A DNA stretch of 63,550 bases, filler included, from Octopus bimaculoides (GCF_001194135.2; 5 parts of 5 records of this genome joined end to end with filler, not necessarily neighbours in it), one strand, 5' to 3'. Shown: positions 24,080 through 38,379, counted from the whole stretch's first letter. The notes: generated from the sequence alone by a model not told the origin. Program-made: numbers and translations.

Positions 24080-24437
24080 GAAGAAGATGCGTTCAGCCTT
24101 TCAGCAGCACTTTGCTCAATTGTTCGGGACGACGGAACAGACTTCGGTGTGTACCTAGACGGCCTGCCGCAACTCTCGACCAGCGAGGCCGAGTGCTGCG
24201 AAGGACCCATATCTGCCTGGGAGGTAGATAGCCGGATTTGGATGGTCTGCCTTACGAGCTTTATACGTCAATGCCAGACTTGTTTGCGGGCGTCTTGGCA
24301 AACGTCTACTGGAACTGGCAACAAAACGGGAGAATTCCTGCTTTTGTTTGTCGGGGAGTGGTGGCCTTGCTAAGAAAGGACCCAAACAAGGGGGACATTA
24401 TAGGGAACTTTAGGCCCATCACTCTGCTCAACACAGA
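24080..24437 (+). pseudogene. Tx1-like RT N-terminal fragment between N gaps
   Basis: MRSAFQQHFAQLFG, DGLPYELY, LLRKDPNKG, FRPITLLNT. Confidence 0.88.
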
Positions 24438-24537
24438 NNNNNNNNNNNNNNNNNNNNNNNNNNNNNNNNNNNNNNNNNNNNTTAATTAATTAANNNNNNN
24501 NNNNNNNNNNNNNNNNNNNNNNNNNNNNNNNNNNNNN
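24438..24537. other. Artificial scaffold-join spacer 44N-TTAATTAATTAA-44N (also 49142-49241, 60494-60593, 61972-62071)
   Basis: The identical 100-nt structure occurs four times, with the 12-mer always centred. Confidence 0.92.
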
Positions 24538-24612
<75 letters not shown>

Positions 24613-25444
24613 TCGTACACAATTACACACTAAACGATCCGAGATGATATTAGCTTTTCTTAGAACCCAAGAAATGGTCAATTTATAAACGAGGAAATTT
24701 GAAGATTAATCTTAAGATGTACTTCTAAAGAATTGCTCTTATTTCTGACAGATTATTATTAATCGTTCTTCTCAAAGGAAATATTAAATAAGAGAAACTT
24801 ACCTATTTGCTAAATTTGTCTTTTATCTTAAGCATTTTGTAGCGCGTGATTAGTATTTTTGCACGTAATGATCAAACATCGACTCAGACCTGGATGTGAC
24901 CGCCCAATAACTCAACATCTACCTGCATATTTCTTTTAACTTTTGTCTTCGCTTGTTCTTCTTTTATTTATTCTTCTTTTATATTTTTTTTCTTTTAAGA
25001 TTCTGAGTTGCGTGATAATGTATATTTGTGTGTTGTGTGTGCACGTGTGTGTATCTGAGCATGCGTGTGTGTGTGTTTATGCATGTATGTTTATTCCAAG
25101 CGTTTCTCTCCTAATAAATGACTTTAGATCCATTAATATATGCACTTTCATTTACAAATACGAGATGGCTCCCACACACCTATGGTATGTCTATAGCTTT
25201 ATCTATCAATCTATCTCTGTATGCACATGCAAATACACACACACGCACGCACAGACACACACACACACACATATATATACATACATACATACATACACAC
25301 ATGTACAAGTTTTGTGCATATCCATGTCTTTCCTTTCCACATCTCTTTCTCTCTCTCGCTTTCTGTAACTCCGTCTGACTTTCTGTATATATTCTTCTAC
25401 TCTTTTCTAGATACAAGACCCGAAATTTTTTTGGGGGGGGGCCT

Positions 25445-25606
25445 CGATTAGATCAACACCAGTACGCAACTGGTACATAATTTATTACCTCCGAAAGGAT
25501 AAAAGGCAAAGTCGACCTCGGCGGAATTTGAACTCAGAACATAGACAGACGAAACACCGCTAAGCATTTCGCCCGGTGTGCTAGCGTTTCTGCCAACTCG
25601 CCACCT
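25445..25606 (-). mobile_element. tRNA-derived SINE
   Basis: Minus head GGCGAGTTGGCAGAAACG (A-box-like), GTTCAAATTCC (B-box), then the GGTCGACTTTGCCTTT core. Confidence 0.85.
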
Positions 25607-25626
25607 TTTACTTTCTGTATATTCTC

Positions 25627-25668
<42 letters not shown>

Positions 25669-25775
25669 NNNNNNNNNNNNNNNNNNNNNNNNNNNNNNNN
25701 NNNNNNNNNNNNNNNNNNNNNNNNNNNNNNNNNNNNNNNNNNNNNNNNNNNNNNNNNNNNNNNNNNNNNNNNNNN

Positions 25776-25825
<50 letters not shown>

Positions 25826-26848
25826 ATGTATATGTATATATGTATAATGTATATGTATAATTTATTTGATGTATAATTTTTATGTCTGTTATAAAATGAT
25901 ATATATTTCTTTTAAAAACGTAACACTTAAAATAAATTGATTACAAGTTGTAAAACTCGAAAAAGTAAAATGAAGGTACCTACATATATGTTTCAGTCCT
26001 GTTACCAAGTTGATCAGAAGTTCTAAGCATTTGGTTAAATACTAAGAGATGTATCATATTCTAACTATATGGCTTGTATTTCTTCAGGTTTATCTATGAG
26101 TTTATGGAAGTTAGGTTATCATCTTTCTTTTGAAGGATGCATATAGAATATTAGTGAGTTTTAGAAGTGACGGGTTCTATGTATATATATATATATATAT
26201 ATAGAAATATATATATATATATAGATATATATATATATATATATACACTAAAACATTAAGGATAGAATCATTAAAATGATTATATGAGTTGCTAGCGTAT
26301 AAAAATGATCGTATCGGTAAAATTAATGTTATGTATGTATGTATGTATCATTCAACTACGTTAGTAGTTGAATAATATTCTTAAGTCCGCAATTTACTCA
26401 CTCGCAGAATCTTTCAGAGTTTGTTGCTAATTCTGTTCTTAACCAAATTAAAAACTGTCAACATTTTTGAAGAGGACTCGTCCCTAGCAACATTTTGGCA
26501 TAAACAAAAATTAATATTTGGTCCAGTAGAAAATATTTTCATCAAAATTTGTAGCAAAGTTATAGGAGAGTAAGTAACACCTCCAATCAAGTTCAGATTA
26601 AAAAGTAAAGTATATTTATCTGAGCTTCAATGAAAGAAGAAAGCACGATGAATTTCATAATTGTTGTCCCATGCAAGAAAAATTTGTATTAAAAAAGTTG
26701 TGAGTTAAGATATAATGACAAATTACAAAAGTCTTTAACGTTTCGAGCCTACGCTCTTCCACAGAAAGGAACACAGAAAGAAACCAGGAGAGAAACAAGG
26801 AGAGAAAGAAAACGCGTGTAGTGGTTAGTGATCTATCATTGTTAGCGA

Positions 26849-26988
<140 letters not shown>

Positions 26989-27443
26989 GACATATTATGA
27001 TTACTTTTGACATAAATTTAAAAACAAACTTCCTCACCCCATATATTTTTATTCATGTTTCATAAATTCTTTTTTCCGTCTATAGAAAAGTGACACCACG
27101 TGATATCGATCTGTAACATGAATAGCGACCATCCCGCCATTTTCTGTAATTATTATGCCACAACTTGATGTTTCTTCTAATATATCGTATTACAATTTGA
27201 CTAATGAAGCATTAATCTATCGGCGTTTTCGGTATTAGTTTACTTAATTAACTTTTGCAAAGTTTTAAATTATGCATATTTATGTTCGTATTTTAAGTCT
27301 CTGACATATACTCTGTTCTTTCTCTACTTTCCTGGCTTTACACCGTCTCCTTTTTGAGTGAATTTCTACATATGTGTGGATCAACACATACGCATATATA
27401 TGTGTGTATGTGTGTGTGTGTCTGCAGGAACACACACAATCAC

Positions 27444-27475
<32 letters not shown>

Positions 27476-27604
27476 NNNNNNNNNNNNNNNNNNNNNNNNN
27501 NNNNNNNNNNNNNNNNNNNNNNNNNNNNNNNNNNNNNNNNNNNNNNNNNNNNNNNNNNNNNNNNNNNNNNNNNNNNNNNNNNNNNNNNNNNTATATATAC
27601 ATAT

Positions 27605-27640
<36 letters not shown>

Positions 27641-28789
27641 GCATGTATGTTACACGCACATACGCACAATCACAGACACACACAGGCACACACATATATA
27701 TATACATGTGTATACATACATAAATGCATATATACGCATATATAAATATATATATATACAAATAAATATATACGCATTTATGTTACACACACATACTCAT
27801 ACATACTCTCACACACACATATATGCATACATACATACATACATACATACATACGTATACATGGTCTGTATTTTTAGCATTTTATAATCGCTTCATTTTT
27901 TTAGCGGATTTTTGCATATTACTTCGTCATTGTAGTTATTACTATTAACACTGTTATTATTCTTATGGTTATTATCAATATTTTCCATTCTAATTTTGTT
28001 AGCATCATCATATTTCCTTGTCTTCAATATACTCTAACTCGTTTATCACTGTCTGCATGTATTAGTGAATATTTCATGACCGTTACAGTAACAAGTGAAA
28101 GCTCGTTTTCGTTTCTATTATTATTGTTCGTTTGGTAATAATTTTCTTGTGTGTCGGAATGTCTCGATGACGTTGTTTCAGTGGAGAGGGTAAGAACATC
28201 GATAGCAAACGACGGAGATTGGAGATGACGATGACGATGATGATGATGATGAGGAGGAGGAGGAGGAGGAGGAGGAGGGGGGAGGGCGAGGGCGAGGACG
28301 AGGACGTAGAGGAAGACNNNNNNNNNNNNNNNNNNNNNNNNNNNNNNNNNNNNNNNNNNNNNNNNNNNNNNNNNNNNNNNNNNNNNNNNNNNNNNNNNNN
28401 NNNNNNNNNNNNNNNNNNNNNNNNNNNNNNNNNNNNNNNNNNNNNNNNNNNNNNNNNNNNNNNNNNNNNNNNNNNNNNNNNNNNNNNNNNNNNNNNNNNN
28501 NNNNNNNNNNNNNNNNNNNNNNNNNNNNNNNNNNNNNNNNNNNNNNNNNNNNNNNNNNNNNNNNNNNNNNNNNNNNNNNNNNNNNNNNNNNNNNNNNNNN
28601 NNNNNNNNNNNNNNNNNNNNNNNNNNNNNNNNNNNNNNNNNNNNNNNNNNNNNNNNNNNNNNNNNNNNNNNNNNNNNNNNNNNNNNNNNNNNNNNNNNNN
28701 NNNNNNNNNNNNNNNNNNNNNNNNNNNNNNNNNNNNNNNNNNNNNNNNCAAGAAAACCACTAACGACGCCGAATCTATAATACGAAGTG

Positions 28790-29310
28790 GTGACCATCAC
28801 TACCGACACCATTGTTGCTGCCACTCTTGATACGAACACCACCGACATTGCCACCACCATCAGCACAACCATCGCCACCATCACCATCACAAATATTATT
28901 ATCATCAACACCATCAGCACTATAACTCCCACCAATTGCAGCTCGCTTTTACCGCCATCATCAATACCTCCATCACCTCCAACATCACCGCCGACTCCAG
29001 CACCATCAAGGATTCCATCGGCAACACCATCATCATTACGACACTGCCATCCGCACTGTCATCACCATCATCACCCGTAGCACAACTCCCACTACCACCA
29101 TCGCCCACACACCCACCACCAATACCACCATTATCATCATCGTCAATACCAGCTTCACCACTACCTCCATCGCCAACGCCATCGTTACAAATAGTTGCGT
29201 CGCCAATCCCGCCATCGCTATTACTATGGTTACCACCGCCGTCATCACCACCACCTCGATCACCAACCGCGTTTCCGACATCATCATCATCATCATTATC
29301 ACTACAACGA
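28790..29310. repeat. Degenerate (CAC/CCA/CAT)n low-complexity tract
   Basis: Triplet-derived composition; open in several frames on both strands. Confidence 0.8.
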
Positions 29311-29529
29311 TCGCAGAGGAACAGCGCTATGTTCAATCCAATGGGTCACTTCTTGGCCTTTGAGAAAATGGACGAGTAATCCAATTTTCTATCGCTTGAC
29401 AAGCGATGGTGGTGGTGGTGCAGTTAATGGTCGCGGAGTGGTGGTGAGAGTGATGGGGGTGAGATAATCGGTAAGAGTATGAGAGTGGGAGAGGGGTGGG
29501 TGTGGGGTTAAATTAGGTGTTGAGGTAGA

Positions 29530-29584
29530 AAAGATGTCAATGAGTAAGAGAGGGAGTGAGACAGAGACTGAGAGACAAGGACAC

Positions 29585-29622
<38 letters not shown>

Positions 29623-29827
29623 TGGAGGAGATAGGGAGAGAATAAATATAGAGAAGGTAGAGAGAAGAGTAACATGGAAGAGAACAGGCGGGAGTGAGAG
29701 AAGGGGAGGGGGCATTAGAATATAAAGAGAGAAAGTGAGAGAGACAGAGAGACAGAAAAAGAAATGGTGGGAGAGAAAAGAATTTTGAATTGGACAATCC
29801 AGAAAGACTAGTTAGACGGACAGACGG

Positions 29828-29876
<49 letters not shown>

Positions 29877-30563
29877 AACAGACAGACGGACAGACAGACG
29901 GACAGACAGACGGACAAACAGACGGACAGACAGACGGACAGACAGATAGACAGACAGGCAGGCAGACAGAGAAACAGATAGATAGATAGATATATAGATA
30001 GATAGATAGATGGATGGATGGATGGATGGATAGATAGACTAAAAAACAGAGTAAGCGAGAGAGGGACAGACAGTCAAAAAGTGACAGGGCAAAAGAGAGT
30101 GAAGGAGAGGGAGAACAGAGAGAGAGAGATTGGAGGAGAGAAGGAGAGAAAATGTAGGCAGAGAGTGGGAGACAGAAACAGAAAAAGGCAGAAACAGAAC
30201 AAGAAAGAGAGGAAGAGAAAGGGAGAAAGAATATGGTGAGTCTATAGAAAAGAAGGGCGAGCGATTTGAATTGAGGAAAAACCAGAAAGAGGGGGAGAGA
30301 GAAAGACTGATGCTGAGAGGGAGAGAAAGAATGTAAAGAGAGGAAAAGAGGGGAAGGGTAAACGTGAAGGTTGTCTTGGGAAAGATGGCATCAGATTAAA
30401 TGATAGAAAAAGGTGGAGGAAAAAATGGTGGAAACGAAATAGCGGAAGAGCATTTACGGAAAAAGTTGTTGGACAGTGGCAGATATGAGGGATAAAAAGA
30501 GAGAATAGAAAGTAAGAGATGGATGAGTAAATTAGAGAAGGGAAAGAGTAAGAAGCAAGGGGA

Positions 30564-30626
<63 letters not shown>
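29530..30626. repeat. Purine-rich tract with (GA)n, (GACA)n, (GATA)n and (GGAT)n
   Basis: Seen directly. Confidence 0.9.
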
Positions 30627-31419
30627 NNNNNNNNNNNNNNNNNNNNNNNNNNNNNNNNNNNNNNNNNNNNNNNNNNNNNNNNNNNNNNNNNNNNNNNNNN
30701 NNNNNNNNNNNNNNNNNNNNNNNNNNNNNNNNNNNNNNNNNNNNNNNNNNNNNNNNNNNNNNNNNNNNNNNNNNNNNNNNNNNNNNNNNNNNNNNNNNNN
30801 NNNNNNNNNNNNNNNNNNNNNNNNNNNNNNNNNNNNNNNNNNNNNNNNNNNNNNNNNNNNNNNNNNNNNNNNNNNNNNNNNNNNNNNNNNNNNNNNNNNN
30901 NNNNNNNNNNNNNNNNNNNNNNNNNNNNNNNNNNNNNNNNNNNNNNNNNNNNNNNNNNNNNNNNNNNNNNNNNNNNNNNNNNNNNNNNNNNNNNNNNNNN
31001 NNNNNNNNNNNNNNNNNNNNNNNNNNNNNNNNNNNNNNNNNNNNNNNNNNNNNNNNNNNNNNNNNNNNNNNNNNNNNNNNNNNNNNNNNNNNNNNNNNNN
31101 NNNNNNNNNNNNNNNNNNNNNNNNNNNNNNNNNNNNNNNNNNNNNNNNNNNNNNNNNNNNNNNNNNNNNNNNNNNNNNNNNNNNNNNNNNNNNNNNNNNN
31201 NNNNNNNNNNNNNNNNNNNNNNNNNNNNNNNNNNNNNNNNNNNNNNNNNNNNNNNNNNNNNNNNNNNNNNNNNNNNNNNNNNNNNNNNNNNNNNNNNNNN
31301 NNNNNNNNNNNNNNNNNNNNNNNNNNNNNNNNNNNNNNNNNNNNNNNNNNNNNNNNNNNNNNNNNNNNNNNNNNNNNNNNNNNNNNNNNNNNNNNNNNNN
31401 NNNNNNNNNNNNNNNNNNN

Positions 31420-31700
31420 AATCGGCTCACGATAACAAGGTCGTGATTTCAAATTACGGCGACACGTTGAGTCCTTGAACGAGACACATTTTATTACACC
31501 TTGCTCCAGTCCACTCATCTGACAAAACTGAGTAGCACCTGTATTTCAAAGGGCCAGCCTTGTCACACTCTGCGTCACTTGGACTCTCCCTAAAAACTAT
31601 GTTAAATGTACGCGTGCCTGTTGGGTGCTCATCCACAGTTAAGATCCAGGTTCGGTGATTATGCGAATAAGTGGGTCCAACGTAGGTCATATATCAGCAT
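31420..31700 (+). mobile_element. Second SINE-like family (related to 42815-43200)
   Basis: Shares the block cctgtatttcaaagggccagccttgtcacactctgcgtcac, inverted relative to 42960-43005. Degenerate tRNA-like head at the gap edge. Confidence 0.7.
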
Positions 31701-32144
31701 GTGAATATAAGGATTTACTTTTCGTAATGAGATAAAAAAAAAAACCAAGGCTGTGTATAATACAGAACATTTATAAATAGAATTTCTTAATGTTCACACA
31801 TACACACGCTCGCACATACACACACACACACACACATACACACACACACACATACACACACACACCCAAATACACACACATATATATATATATATATACT
31901 TAAGTAAATATACACATTAATACATCAATTAGATGCTACAGGTAAATAGGTGAAGAAGTGCCTCTGGAGCACAGTTGAATGAATGAGATTATATACACAC
32001 ACACACACACACACACATATGTATGTATGTATATATATATATGTTTGTGTGTGTGAGTGTGTGTGTGTGTACCTTTGTGTATATATATATATATATATAC
32101 ATATATATACATATATATACTCACATACATACACATACATATCC

Positions 32145-32221
<77 letters not shown>

Positions 32222-34149
32222 CGCGCATACACAAATGTAGAGATGTTTATGCGTGTGTGTGTGTGTGTGTGTGTATGTGCGTGCGTGCGTGTTTGTGCGC
32301 ACTCTTCATATATCGTATATTGACACCGTAGTTAAGATTCGACAAGAGCTGAGCTATTCGTCACAAACGCAAGGAACCCAGCCCGGGGCGTAACTCAGAG
32401 TCGACTGTCATCTTTTAGCATAATAAACATGTCTATTTCTCAGACAGAAGCAAATCTAGTTATTCCAGTCTTAGAGATATTAGGATTCGTGAAGATGATT
32501 AATTATTTCGATGCGTTTTGAGCAGGTGCTTCTTTATTTAAGAAAAAAAAACCTACTTTTGAGACGAGTATTGGAATGCTTCCAAAAATGGAAGAAAGGA
32601 CTGCGCATACAGATTGAAGAAGTAGTTTTGTTTCTGAAGGATTTCGTAGCATCACCTCGTGATTTGCCTTTTGGATTAACCACTTCTGGTTGAAGACTCC
32701 TGGCTTAATGGCTGGGGCATTCGGCTCACGATTGTAAATTTGGTTAAAGCGTTTGTCTTCTTCACATTTAATATGCTGTAATTGATATGTCGACAGGGAG
32801 GTATTTCTGGTGTGATGTTCGATAATGACAACTGGATGATTTCTTAAACGCCGGAGTTGTGTCAATCCGCAAGTCTTATTTTGGTGGTCGCTTTGTCATA
32901 ACCTGCAAAATCTTGTCTGATTCCGTACAATCTTATTGCACAAAGTATAACATAACATTAGAATAAATTGTTTTATGCAAAAGCCTCAAACTCTAAAATG
33001 GTGGTTTATTCACTACGTTTACGCTAAGATACCACCCACCCACCTATATACAATAAAATCGCTAAGTGTTTCTCTGAATCCACATATTTTCGATTTATCA
33101 GTCGCTCCGATTCGTGGTGTGTTACTGATGTTTTGTGCTACCAAATCTTTAGTCTTGTAGATAAAAAATAAAACGTCTACTTCAGCTTTGAGCCTTGATA
33201 TTCTTAAACAGTACTGCATTTATTTATTCTCTATCCACTTCCAATATGTCCATCCCTGTCGGATATTGCTATCGTTGAGGTATTTTTTAGCCGAAGTGTT
33301 TGCATGGCAACTGGTAATAAATTGTTTGATGCCGTTCTGAGATTTTTAATAATTTCTATTATGCCTTCGTATTCCTCACAGCTGTCTTTCACCTTAGCCA
33401 CTCTTTTATATTTCTTGGATTCCCTGAAGACAAAATACATATTAGAGTTGTTCTATGTCTCGTAGCTATTTTTATTACTTTTATTACTCACTAGATATGA
33501 TCCTACTTCTAGAATCGATATTTTTAATAGTTTTCTAACTGTAAAGAAGTACCAAAACTCTGAGTTCGTTGGTGAATATAACATTTTCTTGTTTGCTTTT
33601 GGGCGGTATATTCAAAAATGCAGTTTCTGCTTTATTTTCTTTTATCCCTCTGTACTGTTGATAATTTAATTAACTACGAGTTGGGAATGTTAAAGCCGTA
33701 ACTTATTACTGGAATAGAAGAGTTTTAGCAGTAATATTGCTTTCTAACCATTTCTTTCATTGGTGTGTGATGTAAACTATTTAGTTCAATAATCCTCAAG
33801 TCTTTGTACGTCTGACTATTGCTTGACTTTATTACCTCGGTTATGTAATATAGCAATGCTATTACTGTTTTTATCAATTCTTATTTCTCTACTGTTTATA
33901 TGAAGGAAATGTCTTGCCAGCCAGTTTCTATGTTGAATTGGTGCATCGTATGTCACAGTGTCCTCAACCACGTGCCCTCTGAACCATACAGTTTGAGGTA
34001 TATAATATAAGAAATATAGTTGATTGGCATTTTATAGCACTTGTATTTGCATGAACGTTAGCTGTATTAGCGTCTCTCAGACAGAGTGGAAAGGCAGAGA
34101 TAGCTTTTAATAGCGATTTCCTATTTTCTTTTTACAATTGTCTATTTGA

Positions 34150-34320
34150 AGAAGGACCGCCTTTAGTCCTATGAATCGAACCCAGGACCCATTCTTCGTA
34201 AGTCTAGTACTTATTCTATTAGTCTCTTTTTGCCGAACTTTTAATTTACAGGGACGTAAACACACCAATATCGGTTGTCAAGCGACGGCGGGGACAAACA
34301 CCGATACTCAAATACATACA
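34150..34320 (+). repeat. Partial copy of the interspersed repeat at 50942-51268
   Basis: Shared gtacttattctat...gggacgtaaacac...atcggttgtcaagcga. Confidence 0.75.
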
Positions 34321-36010
34321 TAATACATACATACATATATANNNNNNNNNNNNNNNNNNNNNNNNNNNNNNNNNNNNNNNNNNNNNNNNNNNNNNNNNNN
34401 NNNNNNNNNNNNNNNNNNNNNNNNNNNNNNNNNNNNNNNNNNNNNNNNNNNNNNNNNNNNNNNNNNNNNNNNNNNNNNNNNNNNNNNNNNNNNNNNNNNN
34501 NNNNNNNNNNNNNNNNNNNNNNNNNNNNNNNNNNNNNNNNNNNNNNNNNNNNNNNNNNNNNNNNNNNNNNNNNNNNNNNNNNNNNNNNNNNNNNNNNNNN
34601 NNNNNNNNNNNNNNNNNNNNNNNNNNNNNNNNNNNNNNNNNNNNNNNNNNNNNNNNNNNNNNNNNNNNNNNNNNNNNNNNNNNNNNNNNNNNNNNNNNNN
34701 NNNNNNNNNNNNNNNNNNNNNNNNNNNNNNNNNNNNNNNNNNNNNNNNNNNNNNNNNNNNNNNNNNNNNNNNNNNNNNNNNNNNNNNNNNNNNNNNNNNN
34801 NNNNNNNNNNNNNNNNNNNNNNNNNNNNNNNNNNNNNNNNNNNNNNNNNNNNNNNNNNNNNNNNNNNNNNNNNNNNNNNNNNNNNNNNNNNNNNNNNNNN
34901 NNNNNNNNNNNNNNNNNNNNNNNNNNNNNNNNNNNNNNNNNNNNNNNNNNNNNNNNNNNNNNNNNNNNNNNNNNNNNNNNNNNNNNNNNNNNNNNNNNNN
35001 NNNNNNNNNNNNNNNNNNNNNNNNNNNNNNNNNNNNNNNNNNNNNNNNNNNNNNNNNNNNNNNNNNNNNNNNNNATAGATAGATAGATAGAAAGATAGAT
35101 AGACAGATAGATACATCCATACATACATATACGTATGCATATTCGAAAATCTGTAGCCAGAACCATTTGAAGCTAGCAGCTACAAAATGCGACCGAATGA
35201 TGAATACCTGTCTCTCTGAAAGACTTAGATATATTTTCAGAATCTACCGAAAGAAAACTGAAATTCGTGACAATTTCAATCATAGTATGTTAAAAATTTA
35301 ACAACTTCTTAATAGGTGACCAGATTAACTGGACACATTGGGGCAGCATCTGATTCTCCGCTTCCTTTAATTTGTCACCTTCAGAGTTCAAAGAACGGTC
35401 AAGACCAACTTGACCAATTCTTCAACACTTCTTTGGCTTTGGGATTAGATTTTCTATTTTTGCACCTGATTCGACAAATGATTTTAGAAATATTGGACAT
35501 GCTGGACGACATGCAAATGTGTGATCATAAGTGATGGTAAGGAGCTACACGAGAAGGAAATTGCTATGGAGTGTGAGAGGAAATTTAATTGCGTGTTTGA
35601 AGGAAGATGCATTATCATGGCACACGTCATACATAGGCGTTGATGACATTTACATGCAGAAGCACAATACAAGAACCACTAGATATACAATTTCTCACTC
35701 ACACGTACATATAATCTTATGAACATAAATATATATATATACATATATGTGTGTGTGTGTGCTTAGAGCTACGACAGATTGATAGATCGATACAGATACA
35801 CAAACAAGTTCAAGCATTAACCCTTAAATAAGACTCCCTCACAAGTGAATATTGTTGAATATGTTTCACTCCAATTCCTTGAAAATTATGTGGTTTTACT
35901 TCACTGCAATAATTTCGTGATTGCAGGTCGACATTGTAGTATAATAGCAAATTTTCTATACATCATATACTTATATAAATATATGTATGTGCGTGTTTTG
36001 TGCATCTGTG

Positions 36011-36081
<71 letters not shown>

Positions 36082-36141
36082 NNNNNNNNNNNNNNNNNNN
36101 NNNNNNNNNNNNNNNNNNNNNNNNNNNNNNNNNNNNNNNNT

Positions 36142-36182
<41 letters not shown>

Positions 36183-36379
36183 TGTATGTGTTTGTATGCG
36201 TATTATGTATTTGTGTGTCTGAAATTATTGGTAATCACTGGATTTATATTTGGGATAACAGACATACGTGATTCCAAAAGTATAGATTAGTATATATAGT
36301 TACACAGTGCCATCAGTCCTCCGCATGTCCCACGAGGGCACGTTCTGTTCCCCTTAGGTTATAAAAAAGAATAAAGGAT

Positions 36380-36570
36380 TCTGCTACTGGCATAAAAGTA
36401 TTTGCACGTGGCATTTCATCCGTCTTTATGTTCTCAGTTCGAATTTCGTTGGTGTCATCTTTACCTTTCATCCTTTCGGGGTCGAAAAAACTAAGTATCA
36501 GTCAGACACTGCGGTTGAGGAAATCGATTAACACCATCCTCCCCAAAATTTCAAACTTTGTGTCTACTAT
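36380..36570 (+). mobile_element. Degenerate tRNA-derived SINE
   Basis: gttcgaatttc B-box-like, followed by cctttcatcctttcggggtcga. Confidence 0.7.
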
Positions 36571-38003
36571 TATTATTATTGTCCCTTTTTAAGGGTATAC
36601 CGTGTATACTTAGTTTTCCTTCTTAGCATTTCATTATTACATGTAAACCCCAACACTTTTATTTCTGTCATCCTTCACCTTTCGGCTAAATAAATGAAAT
36701 CATTAATTATTATTGTTGTTATTCTGAAAGACTCTCGGTTAGTTAGTAATTACTGGTTATTCTTTACTTGACAGATTGAGCATCGTATGTATTTAGAGAT
36801 ATACTGAATGTTTATACTTCAATGTAAATTACAACGGCGATTCTCAAATACGTACCCTTTGTTTCATACCCCAAATCTCTTCTGTGCACAGGGAATGCTT
36901 AAAAAAACATGCACTCACACATCTGAAGAAAGGACATAATTTTAAATTTAATCAAACTTACCATTCATTAAAAAAGAAAATCATTATTTTCCCTTCTAGT
37001 GGCATATATNNNNNNNNNNNNNNNNNNNNNNNNNNNNNNNNNNNNNNNNNNNNNNNNNNNNNNNNNNNNNNNNNNNNNNTATATATATATATATATGTTA
37101 AATTCTACTTGGAATCTCTGTCTTTAACTGCGGTATCGTATACGTACTTCCCACAGCAAATCAATTCGCTGATAGTAGATCATGTTACTGAATTTGATAA
37201 CGTAACTGGCATTGATATCAATTTTGTAAATTATCATCAGAAACATCAATTCTAATCTACAATATAACTTTCTCCCTGCACGAAAGCCACAAAGATATCT
37301 ATACGAATATCATTGCTTTCTGCACCCAACGTGCAACCCTGTAATTCATCAATTCTTAATGTGGTTATCCTTATTTTTATCTCACTTTTCATATGATTCA
37401 ATTTAATATAATTTCGATTATTTTTGATACATTCATTCCGTCTTGTATGTATATTAGGAAAAGATCAGTATGACAAACGGAGAGAATGTGCGTTGCTCTT
37501 TAAATGACATATTATCACGGTGATCCAATTCAATAGGTCTGGTATCCCTAGCACATTTACTAGCGATGGCCGGAGCGGTTGGCAATATGAAAGGCAAGTC
37601 AGTAGAACATTTTCGTTGGTAACCCTGCAACGTTGCAGTCGACGAATCATCTGTCGTCAGTGAGGAGTTGGTCAATGAATGCAGTGAGAGTTAGACGAAG
37701 TCAGTGTTGATGGAGGTGACCATGCTTGAAACAATACATACATCATAAAGCTCAATATACATCTAATGAACAGGATTGCCATCCCATATATGTTAATGTT
37801 ACAATAGAAATTGATATATTGTTAATGTATTCATAATTGTATAACGTTTTATATAGGGACAACGAATTTTGAGCACAAAGCATTTTTGGGTGTCGTCCTT
37901 TTACAGAGCAAATCTTTGTGACTAAAATATGTGAAAGAGTTAAACAAATAAAAAAAAATACTCGGGGAAACAAATACTAGTGCACCCATGTCAGTGGTTT
38001 ATA

Positions 38004-38232
38004 TACGCGACGGGGTGTTGAAATGTTCCTGACCATGGGTAAAAGAAAATTCAGGAGGATCAGTTAATTATGATTTTATTCAACACATTCCCCTTCTAAG
38101 ATTCACACACTTACTACAGCGGTCCTTCAGTTTGTTTAAGCCCTGCAAAAGAACTCAGAAGTTGGCCCCTCCAAGGAGGCCTTTTTGCGATATTCTTAAA
38201 GCCAAGAACGTTTCACCTCCACTCCCTTCGTA
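38004..38232 (-). mobile_element. Mariner-derived internally deleted element (MITE-like)
   Basis: Imperfect TAC-starting inverted ends. The minus strand retains a decayed mariner C-terminus (EFF...ILEGECVE*). Confidence 0.55.
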
Positions 38233-38307
38233 TAGGCATATATGTGTGTGTGTGTATTTGTTTGTCTGTGCATGTATGCATGTTTGCGTGTATGTTTGAA
38301 GGTGCCT

Positions 38308-38379
<72 letters not shown>

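Noticed and set aside
24482-24493. Repeated TTAATTAATTAA palindrome (also 49186, 60538, 62016) as a regulatory or repeat motif
   Set aside because: It is always centred in exactly 44N+12+44N, so it is an assembly spacer. Adjacency across these points is uncertain.
28787-29379. Pro/Ser/Thr-rich mucin- or extensin-like ORFs
   Set aside because: Degenerate triplet repeat that is open on both strands, with no splice or domain evidence.
31454-31690. 78-aa Cys-containing ORF as a Ly6-like exon
   Set aside because: The DNA is a copy of the SINE-like family also at 42815-43200, so the ORF is incidental.
35316-35660. Possible exon (complex sequence with AG/GT-like boundaries)
   Set aside because: Every frame consistent with the splice sites contains stops, and no family was recognised.
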